Below, one piece after another: positions 1 to 9,982 of a stretch of DNA of 64,000 nt. The notes beneath the pieces were generated by a model. The model saw only the letters and a program-made list of their open reading frames with translations. It was not told where the DNA came from and ran no database searches. This DNA is from an uncultured Chloroflexia bacterium (GTDB taxonomy: Bacteria; Chloroflexota; Limnocylindria; Limnocylindrales; CSP1-4). The first letter of the stretch is position 1. The number at the start of each line of letters is the position of its first letter. Position numbers and translations under genes: made by a program. The stretch spans positions 128,001 to 192,000 of the forward strand of contig CAVYBU010000006.1 of NCBI GenBank assembly GCA_963766735.1. Direction: 5' to 3'.

Positions 1-1371
1 CAGCTGCGGTTCGGGCTCGCCCAACCGGACACGGACGGGATCCTCGTGCCCAATCCCGAAGCCAACCTGGGCTTCGACATGCCGCTGGACACGGAGCCCG
101 CGAGAGGCCAGGTGCGAGATCCGGCGATCGCCCCGGCTCGCTCCGACGTTGCCCATACAAACGCGGTGCAGGACTGGGGCATGAGCGTGACGCTCTCCAA
201 CCCCTATACCAGCCGCGCCACGACGCTGGCGGCCGTCACCGGCCTGCTGTTGGTCATGGCATCGGTCGCGTTCATGATCGCCGTGCTGGTGGCCGCGTTC
301 ATCGCCCACCGCTTCACCACGCCGATCACGCGCCTCACCGAGGCCTCCCGACGGCTCGCCGAGGGCGACTTCACGTCACGCGTCGCCACCGACGAGCTCT
401 CCTCCGGGACGCTCGAGCTGCGCGCCCTGTCGACGCAGTTCAACATGATGGCCGACCAGCTCGAGGAGAGCGTGTCCATCATCCGTCGGGACCGGGACCG
501 GGGCCGGGACTTCCTGGCGGATGTCAGCCACGAGCTGCGCACGCCAATCGCCGCGATGCGCACGTTTGTCGAGCTGCTCCAGGGCCCGGCGGGAACGGAT
601 CCGGCGGCGCGGACGGAGTTCCTCGACTCCTCGGCCGTCCAGTTGGACCGGCTCGACTGGATGGCCCAGAACCTCCTGGAGCTGTCCAAGCTCGACTCGG
701 GGCTGGTGTTGCTCGACCTGCGGCCGGACGACGTGCGCGGGACGATCGAGTCCGCGGTCGAGCAGCAGCTGGCAGCAGCCGAGCGCAAGGGAATCGCCCT
801 GACCTCGACCCTCCCCGATCACCCCCTCCGGATCCACCACGATGCGCCCAGGATCGGCCAGGTGGTCACCAACCTCGTCGGCAACGCCCTCAAGTTCACC
901 AGGCGAGGCGGCGAGGTGCGGGTGTCGGCGCGCCTCGACGGCGAAGGCGGGGCGCGGATCGAGGTTGCCGACACGGGGGTCGGCATCAGTCCGGGCGAGC
1001 TTCCCCAGATCTTCGATCGCTTCTACCGTGGCGCGGAAGCGAACGAGGCACGGAGCACGGGCTCCGGCCTCGGCCTGGCCATCGTCAAGTCCATCGTGGA
1101 CATGCACCACGGGACGATCGAGGTGGAGAGTCGCGTCGGGTCGGGCACCCGGTTCACGGTGGCGCTGCCGCGCGACCCGCGCCAGACCCTCGACCCGCGC
1201 GAGACCGACGGTCCGGAACTCGCCGGAGCCGAACCGGCGCGGAAGGTGGACAATTCTTCACCAACTGACGCCCCGGTGCTGAACCCCGCTCCGGCACCCT
1301 TGACCCCGTCCCCAGGCCGACCCGACCCCGATCAGCCCCCCGTCACGCATGGAAGCCCATCCTCCACATGA
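1..1371 (+). CDS. Two-component sensor histidine kinase (HAMP-HisKA-HATPase), 5'-partial
   Basis: Frame open from base 1; TM helix, HAMP, H-box DVSHELRTP, N-box NLVGNALKFT, G-boxes DTGVGI and GSGLGLAIV. Confidence 0.93.
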   Translation, partial: QLRFGLAQPDTDGILVPNPEANLGFDMPLDTEPARGQVRDPAIAPARSDVAHTNAVQDWGMSVTLSNPYTSRATTLAAVTGLLLVMASVAFMIAVLVAAFIAHRFTTPITRLTEASRRLAEGDFTSRVATDELSSGTLELRALSTQFNMMADQLEESVSIIRRDRDRGRDFLADVSHELRTPIAAMRTFVELLQGPAGTDPAARTEFLDSSAVQLDRLDWMAQNLLELSKLDSGLVLLDLRPDDVRGTIESAVEQQLAAAERKGIALTSTLPDHPLRIHHDAPRIGQVVTNLVGNALKFTRRGGEVRVSARLDGEGGARIEVADTGVGISPGELPQIFDRFYRGAEANEARSTGSGLGLAIVKSIVDMHHGTIEVESRVGSGTRFTVALPRDPRQTLDPRETDGPELAGAEPARKVDNSSPTDAPVLNPAPAPLTPSPGRPDPDQPPVTHGSPSST

Positions 1372-2867
1372 ACGACGACCAGGACCCGACCCCCCGGGAG
1401 GGCGCCGGCGACGCCGGCGCCCTCGAAGACACGCAGCCCATCGAGGTTGAGCGCTACGCGCCTGCACCCGATCCGCGGCCCGACGACCGCTGGGCCTGGG
1501 CGTCCCCCTCGACCGGCGCGGCGGGGGGCGCGGCCCCGGGGTCGGCGGGTGACCACTGGTATGAGCCGGCCCCGGCCGAGCCCGTCCCCGCCTCGGGCAC
1601 CGCCTTCGCGTCGGATCACGTCCCCGGCGGCCAGGACACCTCCCCCTGGGCAAGGCCGGCGGAGCCCGTCCCGGGCCCGTTCGCCCCGCCGCCGTCGTAC
1701 GGCACGCCTGCGCCCGCCCCCACCGGACCGGCTCACCGCCGCGGTGGTGCGGGCATCGGCAGCATCGTGGTGGCCTCCGTGCTGTCCGCAGTGCTGGCAT
1801 CCGGCGGCACGGTCCTGATCCTGGACCGCGCCGGAGCACTGGACCATCCGGTGGTCGTCACGAATGCGGGAACTGTCCAGCAGACCGCCAGCCAGCAGCC
1901 GGTCACGATCGACGAGTCGTCCGCCGTCATCGACGCAGCGGCGAAGGTCGGCCCGGCCGTGGTCAAGATCAACGTTGCGGGCCAGTCCACCGATCCGTTC
2001 GGGTCCGTGCCCACCGAGGGCATCGGGTCCGGCTTCATCTACGACGCATCGGGCTGGATCCTCACCAACCGTCACGTCATCACGGGCGCCGACACCCTTG
2101 TGGTGGAGCTCAAGGATGGCCGTCGTTTCGACGGCACGGTCTACGGCATCGACACCCTGACCGATCTCGCGATCGTCAAGGTGGACGCCACCGGTCTGCC
2201 CACGGCCCCGGTCGGCCGGTCCGACGGCCTCAAGATCGGCCAGCTCGTCGTCGCGATCGGCAGCCCTCTCGGCCTGTACTCCTTCTCGGTCACGAGCGGG
2301 ATCGTCTCGGGCAAGGGCCGTGATATCCGGGTGGAGGACGGGAAGACCCAGATCTCCAACCTGATCCAGACCGACGCGGCCATCAACCCCGGCAACTCGG
2401 GTGGCCCGCTGGTGGACGGCTCCGGCGCCGTGGTCGGAGTCAACACGGCCGTCGCAACCGACTCGAGCGGCATCGGCTTCGCCATCCCGATCGACATCGC
2501 CCGGCCGATCATGGAGCAGGCGGTCCGCGGCGAGGCGCTGTCCCGGCCCTGGATCGGCATCCGGTTCCAGCCCATCGACCTCCAGGTCAAGGAGGACCTT
2601 GGCCTGAGCGTGGAGGCGGGCGCGCTGGTCACCACCAGCGGCGGTTCGGATCCCGCGGTGGTGGACGGCAGCCCGGCGGCACAGGCGGGCATCGAGGACG
2701 GCGACATCATCGTGGCCATCAACGGGATCGGGATCGACCCGGAGCACCCGCTCAATGTCCTGCTGACCCAGTTCTCGCCGAGCGAGACGGTCGAGCTGGA
2801 CATCCTGCGTGCCGGCGCCCCGATGAAGGTCAACGTCACGCTCGGAACCCGCCCGGCCAACCTCTAG
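1368..2867 (+). CDS. htrA: HtrA/DegP-family membrane-anchored serine protease with PDZ domain
   Basis: ILTNRHV, DLAIVK and TDAAINPGNSGGPL catalytic triad motifs; C-terminal PDZ; ATGA overlap with the kinase. Confidence 0.93.
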   Translation: MNDDQDPTPREGAGDAGALEDTQPIEVERYAPAPDPRPDDRWAWASPSTGAAGGAAPGSAGDHWYEPAPAEPVPASGTAFASDHVPGGQDTSPWARPAEPVPGPFAPPPSYGTPAPAPTGPAHRRGGAGIGSIVVASVLSAVLASGGTVLILDRAGALDHPVVVTNAGTVQQTASQQPVTIDESSAVIDAAAKVGPAVVKINVAGQSTDPFGSVPTEGIGSGFIYDASGWILTNRHVITGADTLVVELKDGRRFDGTVYGIDTLTDLAIVKVDATGLPTAPVGRSDGLKIGQLVVAIGSPLGLYSFSVTSGIVSGKGRDIRVEDGKTQISNLIQTDAAINPGNSGGPLVDGSGAVVGVNTAVATDSSGIGFAIPIDIARPIMEQAVRGEALSRPWIGIRFQPIDLQVKEDLGLSVEAGALVTTSGGSDPAVVDGSPAAQAGIEDGDIIVAINGIGIDPEHPLNVLLTQFSPSETVELDILRAGAPMKVNVTLGTRPANL

Positions 2868-2900
2868 CCGGGTCCGCGTCCTTCGAAGAACCTGCCAGGG

Positions 2901-3266
2901 TCAGCTCGTTCGGCGGCGGTGGATCTCCACGCCCGCGCTCCGGAACGGCCCCGAGAGTGTCACGGCGGGCTTGCGGATGCGCACGGTCACCTCGTCGGCC
3001 GGGTAGTTGGCCAGGAGCTCATGGGCGATCGCCTCCGCCAGCGCCTCGATCAGGTTGAAGCGGGTCGACTCCACGATCTGGCGGCAGGCGTCGTACACGG
3101 CCGCGTAGTCGATCGTCTGCGCGAGATCGTCGCTCAGACCGGCGGGCTGCAGGTTCAGCGCCAGGTCCACGTCAACCTCGAAGGGCTGCGGACTGGCCTG
3201 CTCCTCGGGGAACACGCCGTGCGTGCCCCGGAGGACCATCGCCTCGAGATAGATCCTGTCGCTCAC
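2901..3266 (-). CDS. folB: Dihydroneopterin aldolase
   Basis: HGV..EE...Q.F.VD, DDLAQTIDYA and FNLIEALA motifs; GTG at 3266 overlaps the folP stop. Confidence 0.93.
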   Translation of the reverse strand: MSDRIYLEAMVLRGTHGVFPEEQASPQPFEVDVDLALNLQPAGLSDDLAQTIDYAAVYDACRQIVESTRFNLIEALAEAIAHELLANYPADEVTVRIRKPAVTLSGPFRSAGVEIHRRRTS

Positions 3267-4249
3267 GTGCCCGTCCCATCTGGCCACCCGGCAGGCCGCC
3301 ACCCCCGAAGGATCGCATCCGCGATCCTCGCCGTGCGGACGTTCTCGCGCACGTCGTGGACCCGGACCACGTCGACACCCGCCGCGATGCCCAGCGCCGT
3401 GGTTGCAGCGGTGGCCTCCACGCGCTCTGTCGGGGGCAGGTCCAGCACCTTGCCGAGAGTGGACTTGCGCGAGGTTCCCAGCAGGACCGGGCGGCCCAGC
3501 ACCCGTAGCGAACCCAGATCCCGGAGCAGCGCGAGGTTGTGGTCCGGGGTCTTGCCGAAGCCGAAACCTGGATCCAGGATGAGCTGGTCCCAGGCCACCC
3601 CGGCATCCAGGGCCCGCTCCAGCGCCCGTTGCAGGTCCGCCACGACCTCCGACACCAGGTTGCGATAGCGGGCCTCCGCCCGGTTGTGCATGAGCACGAT
3701 CGGGACCGCCCTCTCGGCGGCCAGGCGGACCATCCCCGGGTCGTCGGCCACGCCCCAGATGTCGTTGAGCAGGTGCGCTCCGGCGTCCAGGGCGGCGGCT
3801 GCCACGGTCGGGCTGGTGGTGTCGACGGAGAGCGGCATCCCGGGGAGCGCGGCGGCGACCGCCCGGATCACGGGCACGACACGCCCCGACTCCGCCTCCA
3901 CATCGATTGGAGCGTGGCCAGGCCGGCTGGACGCGCCTCCGATGTCGAGCAGGTCGGCTCCCTCATCGGCCATCCGTCGGGCCTGGTCAACCGCCGCTGC
4001 GACCGGGTCACCAGCGGCGAGCAGCCCGTCGCCGGAGAACGAGTCCGGCGTGACGTTGAGGACGCCCATCACGAACGTCCGATCACCCCAGGCGAAGGTG
4101 GCAGGCCCGATCGCCAGCGGCTGTGGCGACCCCGGCAGACCGGGACCGGCGCCTTCCGGCAACCCGTACGAGGGAGTGGCCGCACCACCGCCCTCCTCGG
4201 GCCGCTCGTGGATGACGCCACCCTCCCCGGGGAGCCGTCGATCGCTCAT
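3263..4249 (-). CDS. folP: Dihydropteroate synthase
   Basis: MGVLNVTPDSFSGDG, LDPGFGFGKT, GTSRKS, VRVHDV. Confidence 0.96.
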   Translation of the reverse strand: MSDRRLPGEGGVIHERPEEGGGAATPSYGLPEGAGPGLPGSPQPLAIGPATFAWGDRTFVMGVLNVTPDSFSGDGLLAAGDPVAAAVDQARRMADEGADLLDIGGASSRPGHAPIDVEAESGRVVPVIRAVAAALPGMPLSVDTTSPTVAAAALDAGAHLLNDIWGVADDPGMVRLAAERAVPIVLMHNRAEARYRNLVSEVVADLQRALERALDAGVAWDQLILDPGFGFGKTPDHNLALLRDLGSLRVLGRPVLLGTSRKSTLGKVLDLPPTERVEATAATTALGIAAGVDVVRVHDVRENVRTARIADAILRGWRPAGWPDGTGT

Positions 4250-5646
4250 GCGGGCACCGGGTCCCGGAGCCCCGGATCATCCACGAGTCGGGTTCGCACG
4301 GCACCAACCAGGTACAGCGAGCCCGCCACGACCACCGGTCCCTCCGCCCGGGCGAGGGCGCGATCCAGCGCGGCACCCGGGTCCGGTGCGGTCAACACCG
4401 TGCCGCCGGGCAACGCTGCACGCCACGCGGCGGCAAGATCCGCGGGTGCCATCGCCCGTGGCAGGTCCACAGCGGTGCAGACGACAGTCGCACCGGCAAG
4501 GGCGTCCGATCGGGCGGCGGCGGCGACGGTGCCGGGGACGTCCTTGTCCACCATCGCCGCCCAGACGAGCGTGAGGGGAACCGGCGGGGTGACGTCGCCC
4601 CCGGCGAGGTGGGGGCGCAGGTCGTCCAGGGCCGTCGCGAGGGCGGCGGCCCCGTCCGGATTGTGTGCGCCATCGAGGAGGACCTCCCGTCGGCCGCGCC
4701 CCGGCACGGGAGCCTCGAGCAACTCCAGCCGACCTGGCCAGGATGCGGTCGCATAGCCCTCCCGTCGCGCCGCATCCGGCACCGTCACCATCCCGGCGGC
4801 CTCGAGCGCGTCGAGCAGCGCGTCCGCAATCGCGACGTTGGCGGCCTGGTGGCGGCCCCGGAGCCCCACCGCGGTGGCACCCAGCCGCGGCAGGTCCACC
4901 GTGAGCGCGTCGCGCGTCCACCCAAGCACGGGCGGCGGCGGGGCAACGGCCAGCGGGACGCCAAGCCGGGTGCAGCGGCGGCGTACGATCGCGAGCGCCT
5001 CGCCGGAGGTGCCTGTCACGGCACGGTCGCCGCGCATCACGATGGCGGCCTTCTCCCGGGCGATCGCCGGGACCGTGGCGCCCAGCCGGTCCGTGTGGTC
5101 CAGGCCGACGTTGGTGATCACGGCCACGCCGCCGTCCCACGCGTGGGTGGCGTCGAGGCGTCCGCCGAGACCGACCTCGACGAGCGCGACGTCCGGTCGC
5201 ACCTCCGCGAAGCGGCGAAACATGATCGCGGTCAGCAGCTCGAACTCGGTCGGCTGGCCCAGGCGGCGCGCCACACGGTCGGCCAGGGGCAGGGCCTCCG
5301 TCACGAGGCGGCTGAAGTCCTCGGCCGCGATCGGCTGCCCATCGACGACGATGCGCTCCCGGTACGTGACAAGGTGAGGCTTGGGGGTTTCGCCGACGCG
5401 GTACCCGGCAGCTCGGAGTGCCGATCCGGCCAGCGCGATAACGCTCCCCTTGCCGTTGGTCCCGGCGACCAGCGCGCCACGCACGGCCAGCTGGGGATCA
5501 CCCATGGCACGCAGGAGCGCGTTCGTCCGGCCAAGCCCCAGGCGAATGCCGAACCGCCCACGGGCCTCGATCGCCGCGAGGGCTTCCGCGTAGGTGAGGT
5601 CGCCGCTCGCAGCGGAGGGCGGCGGCTCGCGGCGGGGCACGTTCAC
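4246..5646 (-). CDS. folC: Folylpolyglutamate synthase/dihydrofolate synthase
   Basis: VAGTNGKGS, EVGLGGRLDAT, WPGRLE, LDGAHNP, VAGSLYLVG; real start inferred at GTG 5646 within the longer ORF. Confidence 0.95.
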   Translation of the reverse strand: MNVPRREPPPSAASGDLTYAEALAAIEARGRFGIRLGLGRTNALLRAMGDPQLAVRGALVAGTNGKGSVIALAGSALRAAGYRVGETPKPHLVTYRERIVVDGQPIAAEDFSRLVTEALPLADRVARRLGQPTEFELLTAIMFRRFAEVRPDVALVEVGLGGRLDATHAWDGGVAVITNVGLDHTDRLGATVPAIAREKAAIVMRGDRAVTGTSGEALAIVRRRCTRLGVPLAVAPPPPVLGWTRDALTVDLPRLGATAVGLRGRHQAANVAIADALLDALEAAGMVTVPDAARREGYATASWPGRLELLEAPVPGRGRREVLLDGAHNPDGAAALATALDDLRPHLAGGDVTPPVPLTLVWAAMVDKDVPGTVAAAARSDALAGATVVCTAVDLPRAMAPADLAAAWRAALPGGTVLTAPDPGAALDRALARAEGPVVVAGSLYLVGAVRTRLVDDPGLRDPVPA

Positions 5647-6113
5647 TCGCGGGTCAGCTCGTCCTCGTAGAAGACGCACTGGTTGAAGCGGGGCGTGAGG
5701 CACACGTCGTTGACGAAGCCGTCTTCGAGATGGACCCCGCCGCGCAACTGGCAGCGAGAGACGTTGTTCGGCTGGCGAAGCAGCCCCTTGAGCAGGTGCG
5801 GGGCCTGAATGGGGATCGCGCCACGGGACCCGGTCATGTAGAAGTGCGGGCAGACGTTGCGCCGGAGGCTGGGGAGGCCGAACCCGCCGCGGATCGGCGG
5901 GGAGTACGGGCGGGCGGGCGCGGCGCCACGCATCGGATACCCGGGGTCCGGTGGCCGGCGGGCCGGCGGCATGCGCGGGGCAACCGGCTCGGGAGGCGCC
6001 GCTTCCTCGACCGGTGCCGCATGGCGCGTCTGCACGCGGGCGATCGGTCCGTGGCTCCAGGCGCTGCGGTCTCCCGGGCTCGGGCGCACCGGCCTGCGGT
6101 CTCGGGGCTCCAC
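5643..6113 (-). CDS. Hypothetical protein with Cys/His-containing C-terminal domain
   Basis: Purine-rich SD (GGAGAGAGGGA) before GTG 6113; coding-like C-terminus NVCPHFY...SRCQLRG...DVCLTPRFNQCVFYE; stop overlaps folC start. Confidence 0.6.
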   Translation of the reverse strand: MEPRDRRPVRPSPGDRSAWSHGPIARVQTRHAAPVEEAAPPEPVAPRMPPARRPPDPGYPMRGAAPARPYSPPIRGGFGLPSLRRNVCPHFYMTGSRGAIPIQAPHLLKGLLRQPNNVSRCQLRGGVHLEDGFVNDVCLTPRFNQCVFYEDELTRE

Positions 6114-6234
6114 TCCATCCCTCTCTCCGTGACCCTCGGGGACGACGGGGCCACGTGGACGCAGCGTACCACCGGGTCCCACAACCGCACCGGGCGGCGC
6201 CGCCCACAATCCGGCGGGTCGGCTCCGTCGCTTC

Positions 6235-7461
6235 ATGCGACAATCCCGCCCGATGGATCCCCGCCAGGGTGGCCGACCGCCGCAGGTCCGCCCCCGTCCC
6301 TCGTCCAACGGCCGTCCGCGACGCGTGAAGGTTCGCCCTGTCGGTCCGTCGCCGACCCGCCTTGGGCGATACCGGCGCCTCGAGCGCCGCCGTGGGCTGC
6401 CGATCGTGGCCAAGGCCTTCCTCGTTGCCTCGATCGTGGTCATGGGCGGGTTCATCGTGTGGGCCGGGAGTGGCGGCGTGGGCCCGTTCCTTGCCTCCGT
6501 CGCGAGCGGGTTCGGCGGCTTCGTCGAGACCGTGGGTGCGGCCGTCGGCAGCGCACCGCCGACCGCGGCCCCGATGACGAGCGACGCCCCCGCCATCACC
6601 ATGCCCGAGCAGCCGTACACGAACGCGGAGACCATCGACGTGACCGTGACGGTCCCGGCCGCCGTCGCGGGCAGGACGGGCTACACCGTGCGGCTGTACG
6701 TGACCGTGCCCGACACGGCTCCGACGATCCTTGCCCAGGAGCCCGTCGGAGCCACGTCCGTCCTGGTCATCCCGCATGTCACGCTCGCCAAGGGGCCCAA
6801 CGACCTGCAGGCGTCCATCGTGGGGCCGGGCGGCGAGAGCGAGCTGTCGGCGGTCGTCTCCTGGGTTCGCGACAACGTCAAGCCCAAGGTCTCCGTGACA
6901 TCGCCCAAGAGCGGCGCCTCCATCAAGAAGACCAAGACGGCCGTGAAGGGCAAGACCCAGGCCCTCAGCACGGTCCGCCTCAACAACAGCGTCAACGGGG
7001 CCACGACCACGGTCGCGGCCGACGAGGACGGTCTGTGGGAGACCAGCATCGCGCTGGGCGACGGTCTCAACACCATCACCATCACCATCACCGACCCTGC
7101 TGGCAACGAGAACACCGGCACGCTGGACGTGCGCCACGGATCCGGCGAGCTCCGCGCGGATCTCACGGGCAGCGCCTACCGCTTCAAGGCCTCGAAGCTG
7201 CCCACGCGAGTGACCTTCACCGTCACGGTCACCGACCCGGGTGGTCGCCGCCTCTCCGGAGCCACGGCGCTGTTCGCGGTGACCGTGCCCGGCCTCGAGC
7301 CGATCGTCTCGGGCCAGCTCCGCACGAACGGTTCCGGGATCGCGACGTTCACGACGAACCTCCCGAAGGGCGTGGCCAAGGGCAGCGGCCTCGCTGTCGT
7401 GCAGGTGACCACGAAGGGTTACGGGACGATCACCGACCGCCAGGTGCTCACCGTCGAATAG
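6235..7461 (+). CDS. Membrane-anchored protein with extracellular Ig-like repeats
   Basis: Basic N-terminus, single TM, Thr/Val-rich beta repeats (L..G.NTITIT.TD.AGN, D...P.VSVTSP). Confidence 0.8.
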   Translation: MRQSRPMDPRQGGRPPQVRPRPSSNGRPRRVKVRPVGPSPTRLGRYRRLERRRGLPIVAKAFLVASIVVMGGFIVWAGSGGVGPFLASVASGFGGFVETVGAAVGSAPPTAAPMTSDAPAITMPEQPYTNAETIDVTVTVPAAVAGRTGYTVRLYVTVPDTAPTILAQEPVGATSVLVIPHVTLAKGPNDLQASIVGPGGESELSAVVSWVRDNVKPKVSVTSPKSGASIKKTKTAVKGKTQALSTVRLNNSVNGATTTVAADEDGLWETSIALGDGLNTITITITDPAGNENTGTLDVRHGSGELRADLTGSAYRFKASKLPTRVTFTVTVTDPGGRRLSGATALFAVTVPGLEPIVSGQLRTNGSGIATFTTNLPKGVAKGSGLAVVQVTTKGYGTITDRQVLTVE

Positions 7462-7486
7462 GCGTTCGATCCGGGGCAGAAACGCC

Positions 7487-7515
7487 TCGACAAAGGGCGA
7501 GGGCGCAGCTACGAT
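7487..7515 (+). promoter_or_regulatory. Sigma70-like promoter, leaderless
   Basis: TCGACA-17 nt-TACGAT, 6 nt before ATG 7522. Confidence 0.55.
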
Positions 7516-7521
7516 CCCCGC

Positions 7522-7980
7522 ATGCCGCTCTGGCGCTGTCCCCACTGCGGGACCCCGCAGGTCGAGAGCTCGCGCTGCTGGGTCTGCCGGCGTTCGACCA
7601 CGTCGTGCGCCGCGTGCCGCCACTTCCGCCGCGGCGTCGCGGGTGGGCTGGGCGTCTGCGGGCTCGACCCACGCCGCCTGGCGCTGCGGGGCTCCGAGAT
7701 GCGAGCCTGCTGGGAGGCGGCCACCACCACCGGCTCGCTCGGGCCCGTCGCCCCGAGGCCCGGAAGCCCCGAGATGATCCCGGTGATGGCCGCGGCCTCG
7801 TTCCCCGCCGACCGACCGGTTCGAACGTTCGTTCCGGTTGTCACGGGCGAACCGGCCGCGGACAGGCAGTTCGCTGGGTTCCCGGTCCAGGCCACGTTCG
7901 AGGATGAAACGCCCGTTCCGGCGGTCAGGCCGCGGCGGATCCCCGGCTACTGGTCGCTCTGGGGCGACTTCGAGCCCTAG
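7522..7980 (+). CDS. Small Cys-rich (zinc-ribbon-like) hypothetical protein
   Basis: CPHC-x8-CWVC-x6-CAAC...C...C pattern; own promoter. Confidence 0.7.
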   Translation: MPLWRCPHCGTPQVESSRCWVCRRSTTSCAACRHFRRGVAGGLGVCGLDPRRLALRGSEMRACWEAATTTGSLGPVAPRPGSPEMIPVMAAASFPADRPVRTFVPVVTGEPAADRQFAGFPVQATFEDETPVPAVRPRRIPGYWSLWGDFEP

Positions 7981-8007
7981 GCTCAGTGTTGGCGGCGGGT
8001 GCTTCCG

Positions 8008-9879
8008 TCAGGGGGTGCAGGTCCCCACGACCGCCGGGTCCTCAAAGTCGAGCTTGATCGGCGTGCCGGCCGGGTTCTTGGTGCCCGCCGCGGGCGACTG
8101 GCTCGTCACGATCCAATCCGCCGGAACCGGGTCGGGATTGAGCGTCCCGAGGCTGAACCCGTCGTCGTCGATCGTCGTCGTGGCCTTGTCGAGCTTCATG
8201 CACTTGTAGTTGCCCACGTTGGCCGGCGCCGGCGTCGGCGTCGGTGTGGGCGGCGGGGTCGGCGGCGGAGTGGGGCTCGGTGTCGGGCTCGGGGTGGGTG
8301 TGGGCGTCGGGCTCGGGGTGGGCTCAGGCCCCATCGAGACGACGTAGGCCACCGGCGACTCGGGCGCCATCAGCTGGCCGGGTCCGGGTGACTGGTCGAT
8401 GACGGACCCGAGCGGGACCTGCGGGTCGAAGGCCTCTGAGCGCGATCCCACGACGAGGCCCTCGCTGACGATCAGCTGCAGCGCCTCGGCCTCGGTCAGG
8501 CCGCTGAGGTCCGGAACGGCGACCGCGACCTTTCCCCGCGCGAGGATCAGCTTGATCTCGGCACCCTCGGCCACGAGGGCACCTTCGACGGGAGTCTGCT
8601 TGAGGACCGTCTCCGGTTCGACGTCCGCCCGCTCCTCGGTGCCATCGATGACGACGACCAGCCCGAGCTCCTTGGCGGCAACGTCGGCATCGGCATACAG
8701 CATGTCCACGAAGCTGGGGACCGTCACTTCGGCGGCCGCGCTGGGCGACGGCTCGTCCCGACCGCCGGTCAGTGTCTGGAACAGGAGGAAGCCAACGACG
8801 ATCAGGATGCCGACGCCCAGCAGTCCTGCGACCCAGGCCCACGGGGACCCACCCGTCGGCTCATCGTCGGAGATGGGCGGGGGAGGCGGCGCACCCGTCG
8901 TGGACACGGAAGGAGTGGACGACGCCGAGCGGGCGTACGCGTCGGGCGGGTAGGGCACGGGGTTCGGACGAGCCTGGGCGGACGCGACGGTCGCGGCAGC
9001 CGCGGTGGCGGCAGCCGCGCCCGCGGCGGACGCTCCGGCGGCGGTGGCACTGCTGGGATCCGCGAGATACCCCTCCAGGGCGCTGGCCATGGCGGCGGCA
9101 GTCGCATAGCGGGCGGCCGGATCCAGGGCCATCGCGCGCTGGACGACGGTGTCCAGCTGTGCCGGCACGCCGGCACGCAGGGACGAGGGGCGCGGCGGCG
9201 TGGTCGTGAGCCGGGCAAGGGCAACCGCGGCGGCACCATCGCCTGAGAACGGGCGCTGTCCGGTCAGCGTCTCGAACAGGACGATGCCCAGGGCGTAGAT
9301 GTCGGAGGCGACCGTCGCCGGCTCGCCGCGGGCCTGCTCCGGGCTGAAGTAGTGGACGGATCCCATCGTGACGCCCGGCATCGTCAGCTGGGACTCGGCG
9401 AGGGCACGCGCGATGCCGAAGTCGGCAACCTTCACGCGGCCGTCGCGACCGACGAGGACGTTGGACGGCTTGACGTCCCGGTGGACGATCCCGCGGACAT
9501 GCGCGGCGTGCAGCGCCTTCGCGACCTCCACGGAAACCCGCGCGGCCTGCCGGGGGGCCAGGGGACCGTTCTCCCGGAGGATGGCGCCAAGATCCTGGCC
9601 GTCCACCAGCTCCATGACGATGTACGGGCCGGATGCGTCCTCGCCAAAGTCGAAGACGGCCACGATGTTCGGGTGGTTGAGCGACGCGGCGGCACGCGCC
9701 TCGTCCCGGAACCGGGCGAGGAAGTCCGGGTCCTTGCCGAACTCCGGGCGGAGGAGCTTCACGGCAACATCCCGCTCGAGCTGCGCGTCGCGCGCCCGGT
9801 AGATGGTGGCCATGCCGCCCTGTCCGAGGAGCTCCAGGAGGCGGTAACGACCGCCGAGCGTGCTCCCGATCTCCGTCAC
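8008..9879 (-). CDS. pknB: PASTA-domain Ser/Thr protein kinase (PknB/Stk1 family)
   Basis: LGQGGMATIY, VAVK, HRDVKPSN, DFGIARA, SPEQARG; TM; PASTA repeats (VPSFV, VPDLSGL); SD before GTG 9879. Confidence 0.93.
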   Translation of the reverse strand: MTEIGSTLGGRYRLLELLGQGGMATIYRARDAQLERDVAVKLLRPEFGKDPDFLARFRDEARAAASLNHPNIVAVFDFGEDASGPYIVMELVDGQDLGAILRENGPLAPRQAARVSVEVAKALHAAHVRGIVHRDVKPSNVLVGRDGRVKVADFGIARALAESQLTMPGVTMGSVHYFSPEQARGEPATVASDIYALGIVLFETLTGQRPFSGDGAAAVALARLTTTPPRPSSLRAGVPAQLDTVVQRAMALDPAARYATAAAMASALEGYLADPSSATAAGASAAGAAAATAAAATVASAQARPNPVPYPPDAYARSASSTPSVSTTGAPPPPPISDDEPTGGSPWAWVAGLLGVGILIVVGFLLFQTLTGGRDEPSPSAAAEVTVPSFVDMLYADADVAAKELGLVVVIDGTEERADVEPETVLKQTPVEGALVAEGAEIKLILARGKVAVAVPDLSGLTEAEALQLIVSEGLVVGSRSEAFDPQVPLGSVIDQSPGPGQLMAPESPVAYVVSMGPEPTPSPTPTPTPSPTPSPTPPPTPPPTPTPTPAPANVGNYKCMKLDKATTTIDDDGFSLGTLNPDPVPADWIVTSQSPAAGTKNPAGTPIKLDFEDPAVVGTCTP

Positions 9880-9933
9880 AGTGTGCTCGTCTCCCTCTTC
9901 GGTTGCGATGGTCCGTCGCAGCGGACGCATCCT

Positions 9934-9981
9934 AGCGCGCGGGCGGTCTGGCCGCCGAGCGCGCGGGCGGTCTGGCCGCCG
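9934..9981. repeat. Perfect 24-bp tandem duplication (AGCGCGCGGGCGGTCTGGCCGCCG x2)
   Basis: Read directly between the galU stop and pknB start. Confidence 0.9.
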
Positions 9982-9982
9982 G

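Noticed and set aside
4246-7623. 1125-aa ORF as a giant FolC fusion
   Set aside because: FolC homology begins at about 5646; the upstream part overlaps two better-supported genes
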